The notes: a model not told the origin generated them from the sequence alone. A stretch of 64,000 nucleotides of DNA from an uncultured Trueperaceae bacterium (GCA_963815215.1 CAWFFU010000011.1:448001-512000); one strand, 5' to 3'; positions 30,547 through 40,380 are shown, numbered from the stretch's first letter. Program-made: numbers and translations.

Positions 30547-31851
30547 TCACTGCGCCGCCTTGGGCGCGGCCTGCGCCGCTTGGTCGACGCTGACGGGGCC
30601 GAAGCTGTTGCCCCAGCTGTTGCGGATGTAGGTGGCCACGTTCGCCAGGTCCTTGGCGGTGTAGCCCGGGTGCGACGGCATCGTTCCCTTGCCGTCGAAG
30701 ATCCGCTGCACCACGGCTGTGGCGTCGCTCAGGAAGTTGTTGCTGGCCAGCGCCGGGAAGGTCGGCGGCATACCCGCGCCGTTGGGCTGGTGGCAGCCCT
30801 GGCAGTCGGCGCTGTAGAGCTTCCCGCCGGCCTGCATCGCCTCCGATGCGGCGGCGGACGCCGTCGCAGGAGCGGCGCTCGCGGACGACCCGCTCGCGGA
30901 CGACCCGGTCGTGGACGTGGCGGTAGACGGGGCGGTGGACGACGGGGCGGTGGACGACGGGGCGGTGGACGACGCAGCGGACGCGGTCGTGGACGTGGCC
31001 TTGGCCGGCGCAGCCCCTCCGGAACTCGCCGCAGGCGCGGCAGCGGAAGCGTCGGCGACGCTCACGCCGCCGTAGGTGTTGCCCCAGGTGTTGCGGACGT
31101 AGGTGGCCACGGCCGCCAGTTGCGTGGCCGAGTACGAGTGGTGCGAAGGCATCGCTCCCGAACCGTCATAGATCCTCTTGACGACGGCCGAAGCATCGCT
31201 CAAGAAGCTGTTGCCGGCCAGCGCCGGGAAGGTAGGGGGCATGCCTTCACCGCTCGGCTTGTGGCAGCTCGCGCAATCCGAGGTGTAGAGCTGCTCCCCG
31301 GACTTCAGGAGGGCCTGATCGACCGGCGGTCCGGCGACCTGGGCGCCGGCCGACGCCGCACTCGGCGCCGGCACCAGGCTGCTGTAGATGGGCACGATCA
31401 TGAAGAACACCCAGATGCCGCCGAGGATGAGCACGGTGGCGAGCACGTAGAGCCAGGTCGCGGGACCCCGTACCGGGGCCGCGCCAGACGCGGGCGCGGA
31501 CGCCGCAGCAGACGCCGCAGCAGACGCCACTGCGGACGCCACTGCGGACGCCGCGGCGGGCGCCACCACATCGATGTCGACGCGGCCCGTCACGGTGGCG
31601 CCGGGCTCGAGCCCCCGCACCTCCAAGCCGGGTCCGCGCTCGACGGTGAAGGGGATGGTTCGCTCACGCCTGCGCCCGCCGGCGTCGACGCGCACCAGGC
31701 GCAGCGTGTGGTCCCCTTCCTCCAGCGCCGCCGTGTCGAGCTTGAAGCGGAAGGGCGGCGCGACCAGGACCTGCACCGCTTCCGCCCGACCGTCGAGGTA
31801 CACCTCGACGCGGACGGCCGCGTCGGACGAACTGGAGCCTTGTCCACTCAC
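30547..31851 (-). CDS. fbcC: Membrane-anchored diheme cytochrome c with extra N-terminal beta domain
   Basis: CASCH and CQGCH each followed by MPSH; TM helix; SD GGGAGG before GTG. Confidence 0.85.
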   Translation of the reverse strand: MSGQGSSSSDAAVRVEVYLDGRAEAVQVLVAPPFRFKLDTAALEEGDHTLRLVRVDAGGRRRERTIPFTVERGPGLEVRGLEPGATVTGRVDIDVVAPAAASAVASAVASAAASAAASAPASGAAPVRGPATWLYVLATVLILGGIWVFFMIVPIYSSLVPAPSAASAGAQVAGPPVDQALLKSGEQLYTSDCASCHKPSGEGMPPTFPALAGNSFLSDASAVVKRIYDGSGAMPSHHSYSATQLAAVATYVRNTWGNTYGGVSVADASAAAPAASSGGAAPAKATSTTASAASSTAPSSTAPSSTAPSTATSTTGSSASGSSASAAPATASAAASEAMQAGGKLYSADCQGCHQPNGAGMPPTFPALASNNFLSDATAVVQRIFDGKGTMPSHPGYTAKDLANVATYIRNSWGNSFGPVSVDQAAQAAPKAAQ

Positions 31852-32419
31852 GACAGATTTCCTCCCAACGCTGAAAGCTTGCGCGTCAGCAAGTTCTCGT
31901 TTCCCGGGCACCCCGGCACGGCCGGACCGGCGACCCCACGTGGGCCCCGCGGCAGCTGCCACGGCCGCCGGGGCACGGCCCGCACCGTAACGCGGCGCCG
32001 CTCCGTGGCCCGGCGTCGCCGCTCAACCATGGCCGTAGTCTATAGGCAGCAGAACCGTGTGGTGCATCCCATCGAACTCCTTCGGTCTCTTCGTTGCCGC
32101 GCCAGACTCTCTCGGTCGGCCCCGATCGTCAGTCCGGGAGGGTTGTCCACCCGCGCCGGAGCGCCACATCGAACGGGATCGCGTCCCTCCGGCGGCGCGC
32201 CCGGCAGGAGCCTACCTCGCAGGACGAACGTCCCGGCGGGGCAAATGTCCCTCGGCACAAGGCCCTCACAAGCGGCCCCGAGAGACCCGAGCCGGACCCC
32301 GAGCGCGCACCGGGGTCTCGATCCCCGGCGGCGGCGGCATTCTACGCTATGAACGCACCAGACGTCAGCGAAGGGCGCCATCCTGGGCCTCCCGGGGCCC
32401 GAACGAGGCACACTAGGGT

Positions 32420-32836
32420 ATGACCCCCACGTCGGCCGCCGTCCCCCTCGATTTCGAGACCATCAGCCGACGCCTCCACGACCTGTCGATCCCGGAGGTC
32501 GACGTGGTGGTGGGGATCGCGTCCGGCGGCACCGTCCCGGCTTCGCTCCTGGCTCACCAGCTGCGCAAGCCGCTGGCGTTGGTGACGATCAACTTCCGCG
32601 CCCCGGACAACACCCCGCAGCGACCCGCGCCGGAGCTCCTGAGCGAGCTGCCTCACCTGCCAGCCGGCAGCCACCTGCTGCTGGTGGACGAGGCGAGCGT
32701 GACCGGCGCCACCCTCGCTGCGGCGAGGGCATTGTTCGCGGACCACCCCGTCACCACGCTCGTGCTCAAGGGCAAGGGGGACCTGGTGGCCTTCCCCGAG
32801 TTCCGCACCTGCGTGGCGTGGCCCTGGAAGCGCTGA
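32420..32836 (+). CDS. Phosphoribosyltransferase family protein
   Basis: VVGIASGG, LLVDEASVTGATL PRPP loop, AWPW end. Confidence 0.85.
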   Translation: MTPTSAAVPLDFETISRRLHDLSIPEVDVVVGIASGGTVPASLLAHQLRKPLALVTINFRAPDNTPQRPAPELLSELPHLPAGSHLLLVDEASVTGATLAAARALFADHPVTTLVLKGKGDLVAFPEFRTCVAWPWKR

Positions 32837-33067
32837 CGAGCGGAACGTAGTCCAGCACGATAACCAAGGGATGACGTCGGGTGCGCTACGTTGCCTGCGT
32901 CACGGGTCCGACGTTCCAGTCCGGGACAATTGCACGTTACAGGGCGCCGGGTCGTGGCACGCATGCCCTGTCCACCCGGCCGCACCGACCCAGACGCGCC
33001 ACCGACCCAGACGGGACCGGGTCGAGCCATACCGCGTCCCGCGACATCGACCTGGAAGGAGCCCCTC

Positions 33068-33571
33068 ATGGCGTCCACCACGACGAGCCCGACAGGATCC
33101 AACCTCAACCAGGAGCTCGTGCGTCCGGCCCTGCTGGGCCTCATGGACGGCACCGTCTCCACGCTGGCACCGATCTTCGCCGCCGCCCAGCTCACGAGCA
33201 GCATCCACGTGTTCTGGGTGGGGCTGGCGGCGGCGACGGGAGCCGGCCTGAGCATGGGGCTGGCCGAGGCCCTCTCGCACGGCCCGGACGAGAAGATGGA
33301 CGTAGCACCGGGGTGGAAGGGGGTCACCACCGGCCTCGGCACCACCCTCGGCGGGATCTTCCACAGCTTGCCCTTCCTCATCTCCAACCTGACGCTGGCG
33401 CTGATCATCGCCTACATCGTGGTGGCCGCCGAGTTGCTGGTGATCTCGGCCATCCGCTGGCGCTACCTCAAGTTCCCCCTCTGGAGGACGCTCGTCCTCG
33501 TCGTCGGCGGAGGGGCCCTGGTGTTCTTCCTCGGCATCTTCCTGGGCAGCATCGGCAGCGGCGCCATCTGA
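33068..33571 (+). CDS. VIT1/CCC1 family (MbfA-type membrane domain) metal transporter
   Basis: PALLGLMDGTVSTLAPIFAA, SMGLAEALS. Confidence 0.8.
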   Translation: MASTTTSPTGSNLNQELVRPALLGLMDGTVSTLAPIFAAAQLTSSIHVFWVGLAAATGAGLSMGLAEALSHGPDEKMDVAPGWKGVTTGLGTTLGGIFHSLPFLISNLTLALIIAYIVVAAELLVISAIRWRYLKFPLWRTLVLVVGGGALVFFLGIFLGSIGSGAI

Positions 33572-33817
33572 AGCCAACCGGACGATGGACGGTCCGCGCC
33601 GGCGCGCCCGGCCGCCGCGCCGTTGAGGAAGGTGCGCCCCGGCGCCGCGCCCGACAGGCCGTCGCCGGGGTCCCACGCGATTGCGCCGCCGGCGTCCCCC
33701 GGCCTACCCTGCGGGTGAAGGTGACGGCATGGGGCGGCAGCCAGGGACCGCAGAACGCCGTGACGGCCGGGGGCACCGGGAGGGCATCCTCACCAGTGCC
33801 AGCCTGGAGGAGGCAGC

Positions 33818-34831
33818 ATGAACACCGTCCGCTGGGGCATCATCGGCTGTGGCGACGTCACGGAGGTCAAGAGCGGACCCGCCTTCCAGAAGGCGAGAGG
33901 CTCGAGCCTGGTAGCCGTGATGCGCAGGGACGGCGCCCTTGCCGAGGATTACGCGCGACGCCACGGCGTGCCGCGCTTCTACGACGCCGCCGAAGCACTC
34001 ATCCTGGACCCAGACGTGGACGCGGTCTACGTTGCAACGCCGCCCTCCAGCCATCGCCTCTACACCGAGATGGCCGCAGCGCGAGGCAAGCCCGTCTACG
34101 TCGAGAAGCCCATGGCGACGACCGGCGACGACTGCGAGGCCATGCGCTCGGCCTGCGCCGAGGCAGGCGTACCGCTGTTCGTGGCCTACTACCGGCGCGC
34201 CCTGCCGCGCTTCCTCCAGGTCCGGGCGCTCCTCGCAGACGGCGCCATCGGCGACCCGGTGGCGGTGGTCGTCACGCACCTCAGCCCGCCGGCCGGCAGC
34301 GAGAGCGCGTCGCTCCCTGGCTGGCGCGTATCCCCCGAGATCGCAGGAGGCGGGTACTTCGTCGACCTGGGAAGCCACACCCTCGACCTGCTCGACTTCC
34401 TGCTGGGCCCGGTGCAGCGGGCGGATGGGAGCGCGTCCAACCGAGCGGGCCTGTACCCGGCCGAGGACCTGGTCACCGCCCGGCTCACCTTCGCGTCCGG
34501 CGTCCAGGGCGTGGGCGTGTGGTCGTTCAGCGTCGCACAACCCCGCGAGCAGGTCGAGATCTTCGGCACGCGCGGCACACTGCGCTTCTCCGTGTTCGCC
34601 GATGAACCCGTCGCGGTCAGCCGCGAGGGGATCGAGCAGGTCCTGCCCCTCGTCCCCCACCCGCCACACGTGCAGCAACCGCTGATCCAGACGGTGGTGG
34701 ACGCACTCATGGGGCGCGGCACCTGCCCCAGCACCGGCGCGAGCGCCGCACGCACCAGCCATGTCATCGACCGCTTGCTGGCCGACCACCGCACCGCGCT
34801 GCGCACCGACGGCTCGCCGGCACCATCCTGA
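33818..34831 (+). CDS. Gfo/Idh/MocA oxidoreductase
   Basis: WGIIGCG, VYVATPPSSH, VEKPMA, DLGSH. Confidence 0.92.
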   Translation: MNTVRWGIIGCGDVTEVKSGPAFQKARGSSLVAVMRRDGALAEDYARRHGVPRFYDAAEALILDPDVDAVYVATPPSSHRLYTEMAAARGKPVYVEKPMATTGDDCEAMRSACAEAGVPLFVAYYRRALPRFLQVRALLADGAIGDPVAVVVTHLSPPAGSESASLPGWRVSPEIAGGGYFVDLGSHTLDLLDFLLGPVQRADGSASNRAGLYPAEDLVTARLTFASGVQGVGVWSFSVAQPREQVEIFGTRGTLRFSVFADEPVAVSREGIEQVLPLVPHPPHVQQPLIQTVVDALMGRGTCPSTGASAARTSHVIDRLLADHRTALRTDGSPAPS

Positions 34832-34864
34832 CGAGCACCGTCCTGACGAGCACCGTCCTGACGA
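34820..34864. repeat. 15-bp tandem repeat x3 spanning stop codon
   Basis: GCACC(A/G)TCCTGACGA x3. Confidence 0.85.
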
Positions 34865-35030
34865 ACGGCATCCAGGTCACGTCCTCCTCACGGATCGGCG
34901 CTACGCTCGTCTGCGGGCCGGCTGCGGTTTCGCAGGCCCCGGCCTGTCCGAGGGGTCCGGGTCACGACGGACCCGCCCTCACGGCTCCATGCCCTCGTTC
35001 GGCGCCCGCAGGGCGCAAAGAGGAGCGCTC

Positions 35031-35813
35031 ATGCAGATCCGACTGGACGGCAAACGAGCCCTCGTGACCGGTGCCAACAGCGGCATCGGCGCGGCCATCG
35101 CCGAGGCCCTCGGCGAGGCCGGCGCACGCGTGGCCATCAACTTCCTCGAGGGCCAGGACGCCGCCGACGGTGTGGCCGAGCGCGTTCGCAAGGCGGGCGG
35201 CGAGGCCCTCACGGTCCAGGCCGACGTGGCATCGACCGACGGGGTGGACGCCATGTTCGAACGCCTCGACCAGGCCTGGGGCGGCATCGACATCCTGGTG
35301 AACAACGCCGGCATCGACGGCGCTCGCGCCGAGGCGTGGCAGAGCGAGCCGGACGCATGGCGCAAGGTGATCGACGTCAACCTCTTCGGCGCCTACGCCT
35401 GCTCGCGTCAGGCCTTGAAGCGCATGATCCCCGCCGGCCACGGCGTGGTCCTCAGCATCACCTCGGTGCATGAGGTCATCCCCTGGAGCGGCTACAGCGC
35501 CTACACGGCCGCCAAGGCGGGGGCCGGGATGATGACCCGTACCCTCGCCCAGGAGGCCGCGCCGCACGGCGTACGCGTGCTGGCGCTGGCGCCTGGCGCC
35601 GTCAAGACGGCCATCAACAAGTCGGTCTGGAGCGATCCCGATGCGCTGGCGGACCTGCTGGACAAGATCCCGCTGAACCGCCTGGGCGAGCCAGAGGACA
35701 TCGCAAGGATGGCGACCGTGCTGGTCTCCGACGTGGCCGGCTACGTCACCGGCACCACCCTCTTCGTGGACGGCGCGATGACCGACTACCCGGACTTCGC
35801 GCACGGTGGCTGA
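35031..35813 (+). CDS. SDR oxidoreductase (glucose 1-dehydrogenase-like)
   Basis: TGANSGIG, NNAG, SVHEVIPW, YTAAK. Confidence 0.9.
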   Translation: MQIRLDGKRALVTGANSGIGAAIAEALGEAGARVAINFLEGQDAADGVAERVRKAGGEALTVQADVASTDGVDAMFERLDQAWGGIDILVNNAGIDGARAEAWQSEPDAWRKVIDVNLFGAYACSRQALKRMIPAGHGVVLSITSVHEVIPWSGYSAYTAAKAGAGMMTRTLAQEAAPHGVRVLALAPGAVKTAINKSVWSDPDALADLLDKIPLNRLGEPEDIARMATVLVSDVAGYVTGTTLFVDGAMTDYPDFAHGG

Positions 35814-38160
35814 TCCCGTGGCTGATCCCGTGGACGCGCCCGGCGCACCCGGCATCGCCCCGACCTGGACCTCGAGCGCCAAAGACCTCGTCACCACGGC
35901 GCTCGGCCCCTCCAGGCTATGGGCCACACTCGGCCACGGAGTCGTCAACGAGGTCTACTACCCCACCACGGGTCAGCCACAGGTGCGCGACCTGGGCTTC
36001 ATCGTGGCCGGGGAGGGCGGATGGTGGGAGGTCAAGCGCGTGGCGCGCTACCGGATCACGACGCCGGCGCCCACGGTTCCGCTGGCGACCATCGAGCACC
36101 GGGGGGAGGGCTACCGGCTCGAACTGGAGATGCTCCCCGACCCCGAGCGCGAGGTCTTGCTGGTGCGCTACCGGCTCGAAGGCCGAGGGCTCCGGCTCTA
36201 CCCGCTGCTCGCCCCGCATCTCGGCGCCAACGGTGCGGACAACGACGCCTGGCTGCAGGGGCCCGGCGCGCTGTGCGCCCGGGGCGGCGCCGAGGCGCTG
36301 GCGCTGTTGGCGGAAGGCGGCTTCCGGCGACGCAGCGTGGGATACGTGGGTGCCTCCGACGGCTGGCAGGACTTCGCGCGCAACGGCGCCATGACCTGGA
36401 ACTACGAGGCCGCTCGCCACGGAAACGTGGCGCTCATGGGCGAGCTGACGCAGACCGAAGGCGTGCTGGCGCTGGGCTTCGCCGAGACCGTCGAGGGCGC
36501 CCTGACCCGGGCGCGCTCGAGCCTGGCCGTGGGGTTCGACCACGGGCGCCGCGTCTTCGTCGACGCCTGGACCGCCTGGGGCGATACCCTGACGGCGCCC
36601 TCGCTGCCCGACGATCTCGCACGCGAGGCGCTGCTCTCGGCCACCGTCCTCAAGGTCCACGAGGACAAGGCCTACCCGGGTGCGGTTGTCGCCAGCCTCA
36701 GCATCCCCTGGGGCAACGCGCGCGACGACCTCGGCGGTTACCACCTGGTGTGGCCGCGCGACGCCGTCGAGACCGGGCTCGGCCTGCTCGCGGCCGGCCA
36801 ACAGGGTGACGCCCGCCGCATGCTGGCGTACCTGATCGCGACCCAGCGTGCCGACGGTCACTGGACCCAGAACATGTTCCCCGACTCCCGCCCCTTCTGG
36901 ACCGGCGTGCAACTCGACGAGGTGGGCTTCCCGCTGCTGTTGGCCGCCAAGCTGCGTGAGCGGGACGCGCTGGACGGACTCCGCGGGGTCGAGCCGATGG
37001 CGCGCGCGGCCGCCGGCTACCTGGCGCGCCACGGCCCGCTCACACCGCAGGACCGCTGGGAGGAGAACGGCGGCGCCAACCCCTTCACCTTGGCTGTCGA
37101 GGTCGCGGCGCTCGTCGCCGCCGGGCCCTTCCTCGACGACGACGAACGAACCTACGCGCTCTCCCTGGCCGACGGCTGGAACGAGCGTATCGAGGACTGG
37201 ACCTACGTCGTCGACGGCCCCCTGGCCCAACAGCACGCCGTCGACGGCTACTACCTGCGCATCGCGCCCCCGACCGGCGGGCTGCGCGGTCGGGTCGAGG
37301 TGCGCAACCGGGTCGGTGACGACCTCGACGCCGCCCGCCTGGTGAGCCTGGACTACCTGGCCCTGGTCCGGCTAGGACTGCGTGAAGCCGACGATCCCCG
37401 CATCCTGGCGACCACGGCCCTGGTCGACCGCTTGCTGGCGGTCCATCTCCCCACCGGTACCGCCTACCACCGCTACAACGACGACGGCTACGGAGAGCAT
37501 GCCGACGGCAGTCCCTTCGACGGGACCGGTATCGGTCGCGCCTGGCCGCTGCTGGCCGGCGAGCGCGCCCACCTGAGCCTGCAGCAGGGGGAGGATCCGC
37601 TGCCGGCCCTGCGCGCCATGGCCGCCATGGCCGGGCCTGCCGGGCTCATCCCAGAGCAGGTGTGGGACACCGACGCCATCCCCGAGCGCTTCCTCGAGCC
37701 CGGCAAGCCGTCGGGAAGCGCGATGCCGCTGGTCTGGGCGCACGCCGAGTTCATCAAGCTCGCCTTCGCACGCGATGCCGGCCGCCCGCTCGAGCTGCTC
37801 GACGCCGTCACCGATCGCTACCACGGCGTTCGCCCGGAAGCCGCCTGCTGGCACTGGCGCGAGACCGTGCCCTTCGACGAGCTCCCGAAGGGTCGCGCCA
37901 TGCTGGTGGAGCGCCCGGCGCCCTTCACGTTGCACCTCGGCTTCGACGGTTGGCGCGAACCCCGGGACCTCCCGGCCGCCGCCCTGCCGTTCGGGATGTT
38001 CGGGGTCCGGCTCGAGCCCGGCGAGTTGGAGGGACGGTCCACGGTCGAGTTCACGCTGCGTGACAACGCATCGGGCAGCTGGTCGGCCGACCGACAGGTG
38101 CGGCTCGACGCGTCTGGACCGCGAGGGACGCTGTCGGCTCCATCGGAGGACGGCACCTAG
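35806..38160 (+). CDS. Glucoamylase/glucodextranase, GH15
   Basis: ASLSIPWG, YHLVWPRD, QDRWEE, PEQVW, PLVWAHAE; start may be 35818 (12-bp duplication). Confidence 0.92.
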   Translation: MADPVADPVDAPGAPGIAPTWTSSAKDLVTTALGPSRLWATLGHGVVNEVYYPTTGQPQVRDLGFIVAGEGGWWEVKRVARYRITTPAPTVPLATIEHRGEGYRLELEMLPDPEREVLLVRYRLEGRGLRLYPLLAPHLGANGADNDAWLQGPGALCARGGAEALALLAEGGFRRRSVGYVGASDGWQDFARNGAMTWNYEAARHGNVALMGELTQTEGVLALGFAETVEGALTRARSSLAVGFDHGRRVFVDAWTAWGDTLTAPSLPDDLAREALLSATVLKVHEDKAYPGAVVASLSIPWGNARDDLGGYHLVWPRDAVETGLGLLAAGQQGDARRMLAYLIATQRADGHWTQNMFPDSRPFWTGVQLDEVGFPLLLAAKLRERDALDGLRGVEPMARAAAGYLARHGPLTPQDRWEENGGANPFTLAVEVAALVAAGPFLDDDERTYALSLADGWNERIEDWTYVVDGPLAQQHAVDGYYLRIAPPTGGLRGRVEVRNRVGDDLDAARLVSLDYLALVRLGLREADDPRILATTALVDRLLAVHLPTGTAYHRYNDDGYGEHADGSPFDGTGIGRAWPLLAGERAHLSLQQGEDPLPALRAMAAMAGPAGLIPEQVWDTDAIPERFLEPGKPSGSAMPLVWAHAEFIKLAFARDAGRPLELLDAVTDRYHGVRPEAACWHWRETVPFDELPKGRAMLVERPAPFTLHLGFDGWREPRDLPAAALPFGMFGVRLEPGELEGRSTVEFTLRDNASGSWSADRQVRLDASGPRGTLSAPSEDGT

Positions 38161-38296
38161 GCCCATTCTGCACGCGTTCTGCACCGCCCGCGGCCACGGC
38201 GTGCACGCTCGGCTGGCACGGTGGGCTCAGGCGCCCCTACGGGCGCTGCGCGTTCGCGGAGCGGTCCCTACCGCCCGCCATCGAAAGGAGCTAGGC

Positions 38297-39322
38297 ATGG
38301 TCCGATCCTTACGACTCGGCGCCCTGGCGATGCTGGCCGCTTCCGTCCTGCTGGTGCCGACGCTGGCCGCCGCCCAGTCCAGCAACAGCACGACCGGCAC
38401 GAGCCCGAGCGGCACGACCCCGTCTTCCGCCGCCAACGCCTCCACGTCGTCCCAGACGCTGGCGCAACTCCAACGGAAGGCGCTCCGGCTCACCCTGATC
38501 GCCCGGCTCCCGGCCGCCGATCGGCAGCAGGCCGGGCAGCTTCTCGATCGCGCCGACGCGCTGCGCCAGCGCGCCCTGACGCTTAGGCGGCAGGAGTTGC
38601 AGGCGTACGTGGCTGCGCTCGAAGCGGGCGCCACGCCCGCCGACGCCCGGGCCCAGGCGCGACAGAAGGTCGCCGACGAACGCACCGGCCTCACCAAGGA
38701 CGCCGCGACCCTCCGCACCGATGTCCGGAGCTTCGTGCAACAGGTGCCGCAGGCGCGCGCGCTACTGCGTTCCCTCGGCGCCGGTCCGGGCGAGCGCGCT
38801 CAGGCGCTCGGCCGCGGTGCCGGCCGCGGTGCCGGCCGCGGTGCCGGTAACGCGCCGGGCATGGGCCCGTGGTCCGGCAGGGGCCAAGGCATGAGTCCAG
38901 GGACGCGCCCGGGCATGGGTCGTCAGCGCATGGGCGGCCGGGGCATGGGCATGGGCGACAACGAGCGCGGAATGCGTTCGGATCGCGACGGTGCCCCATA
39001 CGGGCAGGGCGACGCCCCGTGGGGCACCGCCATGCGCCAGGGGCTCGGCCGCGGCCGGATGGGTCCGAACGGCGTGGGCCGGGGCTGGGACTGGATGGAC
39101 CGGAGCTGGATGGGACGCGACTGGATGGGACGCGACTGGTTGGGGCCGAACGGCTCCATGCCCGGGCAGGGCCCCCGCATGAGCCCCCGTAACGGAGCGC
39201 CCCAGAACAGCGCGCCCCCGAGTAGCACGCCGCCCAGTAGCACGCCGCCGAGTAGCACGCCGCCGAGCACCACGCCCCCGAGCACCACGCCCCCATCTGG
39301 GAGCGGATCCGGCGGCGCCTGA
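38297..39322 (+). CDS. Secreted hypothetical protein with Gly/Met/Arg-rich and STPPS repeats
   Basis: SD AAGGAG, signal peptide, helical core, GRGA x3, DWMGR-like x3, STPPS x5. Confidence 0.75.
   Translation: MVRSLRLGALAMLAASVLLVPTLAAAQSSNSTTGTSPSGTTPSSAANASTSSQTLAQLQRKALRLTLIARLPAADRQQAGQLLDRADALRQRALTLRRQELQAYVAALEAGATPADARAQARQKVADERTGLTKDAATLRTDVRSFVQQVPQARALLRSLGAGPGERAQALGRGAGRGAGRGAGNAPGMGPWSGRGQGMSPGTRPGMGRQRMGGRGMGMGDNERGMRSDRDGAPYGQGDAPWGTAMRQGLGRGRMGPNGVGRGWDWMDRSWMGRDWMGRDWLGPNGSMPGQGPRMSPRNGAPQNSAPPSSTPPSSTPPSSTPPSTTPPSTTPPSGSGSGGA
39221..39295 (+). repeat. 15-bp coding tandem repeat x5
   Basis: AG(T/C)A(G/C)CACGCC(G/C)CCN. Confidence 0.85.
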
Positions 39323-39514
39323 GGGCCGACGCCCCAGTCGTTTCCATCTCAGGCACCGCGCCGGAGCCGATCGGCGCACGTGAGCGCAGGAACGCACGGG
39401 ATGCACACGCAAGGACGATGCCGGCGGCTCGAGCCGCCGGCATCGTCCTCTCTACCCACGTCGCCAGGGCCGCGTAAGACCCTCGACGCCGGCGCGGAAC
39501 GGGCGACCCACCCA

Positions 39515-39667
39515 AGTGGAGGGCCCCCGCTTTCGCGGGGGCCCGGGACGGAATCGTCCGCCATCCACACCTTAGGAGGGGTATGAAGAGAGGTTGCCAC
39601 GCTCGTTGGCAGCCACGAGAAGAAGGATAGTCCCCTACCTTGAAAGAAGGTTGAATGGTTCGTGAGA
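39515..39667 (-). ncRNA. Candidate C/U-rich sRNA
   Basis: -10 TACGGT (39674-39679), low-GC body with hairpins, terminal GNRA hairpin. Confidence 0.4.
39521..39544 (-). terminator. GC hairpin with GAAA loop
   Basis: GGGCCCCCGC-GAAA-GCGGGGGCCC on the minus strand. Confidence 0.65.
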
Positions 39668-39735
39668 ATCGTGACCGTATCGCATGAAGCGGAATTCAGA
39701 CGGGGGACTGGCGCGCTTCGAGCCTCGCACACGCC

Positions 39736-40380
39736 TCAGTCGAGGAGGTTATGCTCCAGCGCCCAGCGCACCAGCTCGGCGCGGGTCTTGACGCCCAGCT
39801 TCTCCGACGCCCGTTCCCGATAGGTGGCGACGGTCTTCTCGCTGATCCCGAGCGCCTCCGCGATCTCCTTGTAGGTGCTGCCGTGCGCGATGTGTCGCAC
39901 CACCTCGTGCTCGCGCTGGGTCAGCCGGGCGTTGCGGTAGGGATCGCCGGTGGCCATCTCGCGCGCCAGCTCGGCCAGCAGTCGCGCCGGCGCGTAGTAC
40001 TCGCCCCGCGAAACCGCCAGGATGGCATCGACGAGTTGCATCTCGAGTGAGCTCTTGGGAACGTACCCCGAGCCTCCGGCCTCCAGGAAGCCCCGCACGT
40101 ACTCCGGGTCCTCATGCATGGAGAGCGCGATGAAGCGGGTCTCGGGGAGACGACGACGCAGCACGCGCACCGCCTCGATGCCGTTCATGCCCGGCAGCGA
40201 CAGATCGAGCAGGACCACGTCGACGTCGATCTGGGAGAGCGCCTCCAGCGCCTCCTCAGCGCTCTCGGCTTCCCCCACCACGTCGAGCGAGTCCTGGGCG
40301 TTGAGCAGCATGCGCACGCCCGCGCGCACGATGGCGTGATCGTCGACGATGAACAGGCGGATGGGCTGGCGCGTCGTCAC
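39736..40380 (-). CDS. NarL/LuxR family response regulator (NreC-like)
   Basis: IVDDHAIVRAG, LDLSLP, LTQRE..SEKTVATYR. Confidence 0.95.
   Translation of the reverse strand: MTTRQPIRLFIVDDHAIVRAGVRMLLNAQDSLDVVGEAESAEEALEALSQIDVDVVLLDLSLPGMNGIEAVRVLRRRLPETRFIALSMHEDPEYVRGFLEAGGSGYVPKSSLEMQLVDAILAVSRGEYYAPARLLAELAREMATGDPYRNARLTQREHEVVRHIAHGSTYKEIAEALGISEKTVATYRERASEKLGVKTRAELVRWALEHNLLD

Noticed and set aside
30031..32352. 773-aa plus-strand ORF and many other long antisense ORFs (e.g. 28007-30052, 46385-48802, 59229-61391)
   Set aside because: Shadow frames of motif-bearing genes, expected at this GC; no recognisable domains
32840..33060. Metal riboswitch (yybP-ykoY or NiCo) before VIT gene
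   Set aside because: Could not find the conserved cores by eye; a cmscan would be needed
34820..34864. Possible mini-CRISPR
   Set aside because: 15-bp units abut with no spacers; no cas genes
39660..39678. Rex/CRP-like box (also 57533-57551)
   Set aside because: Only one half-site matches
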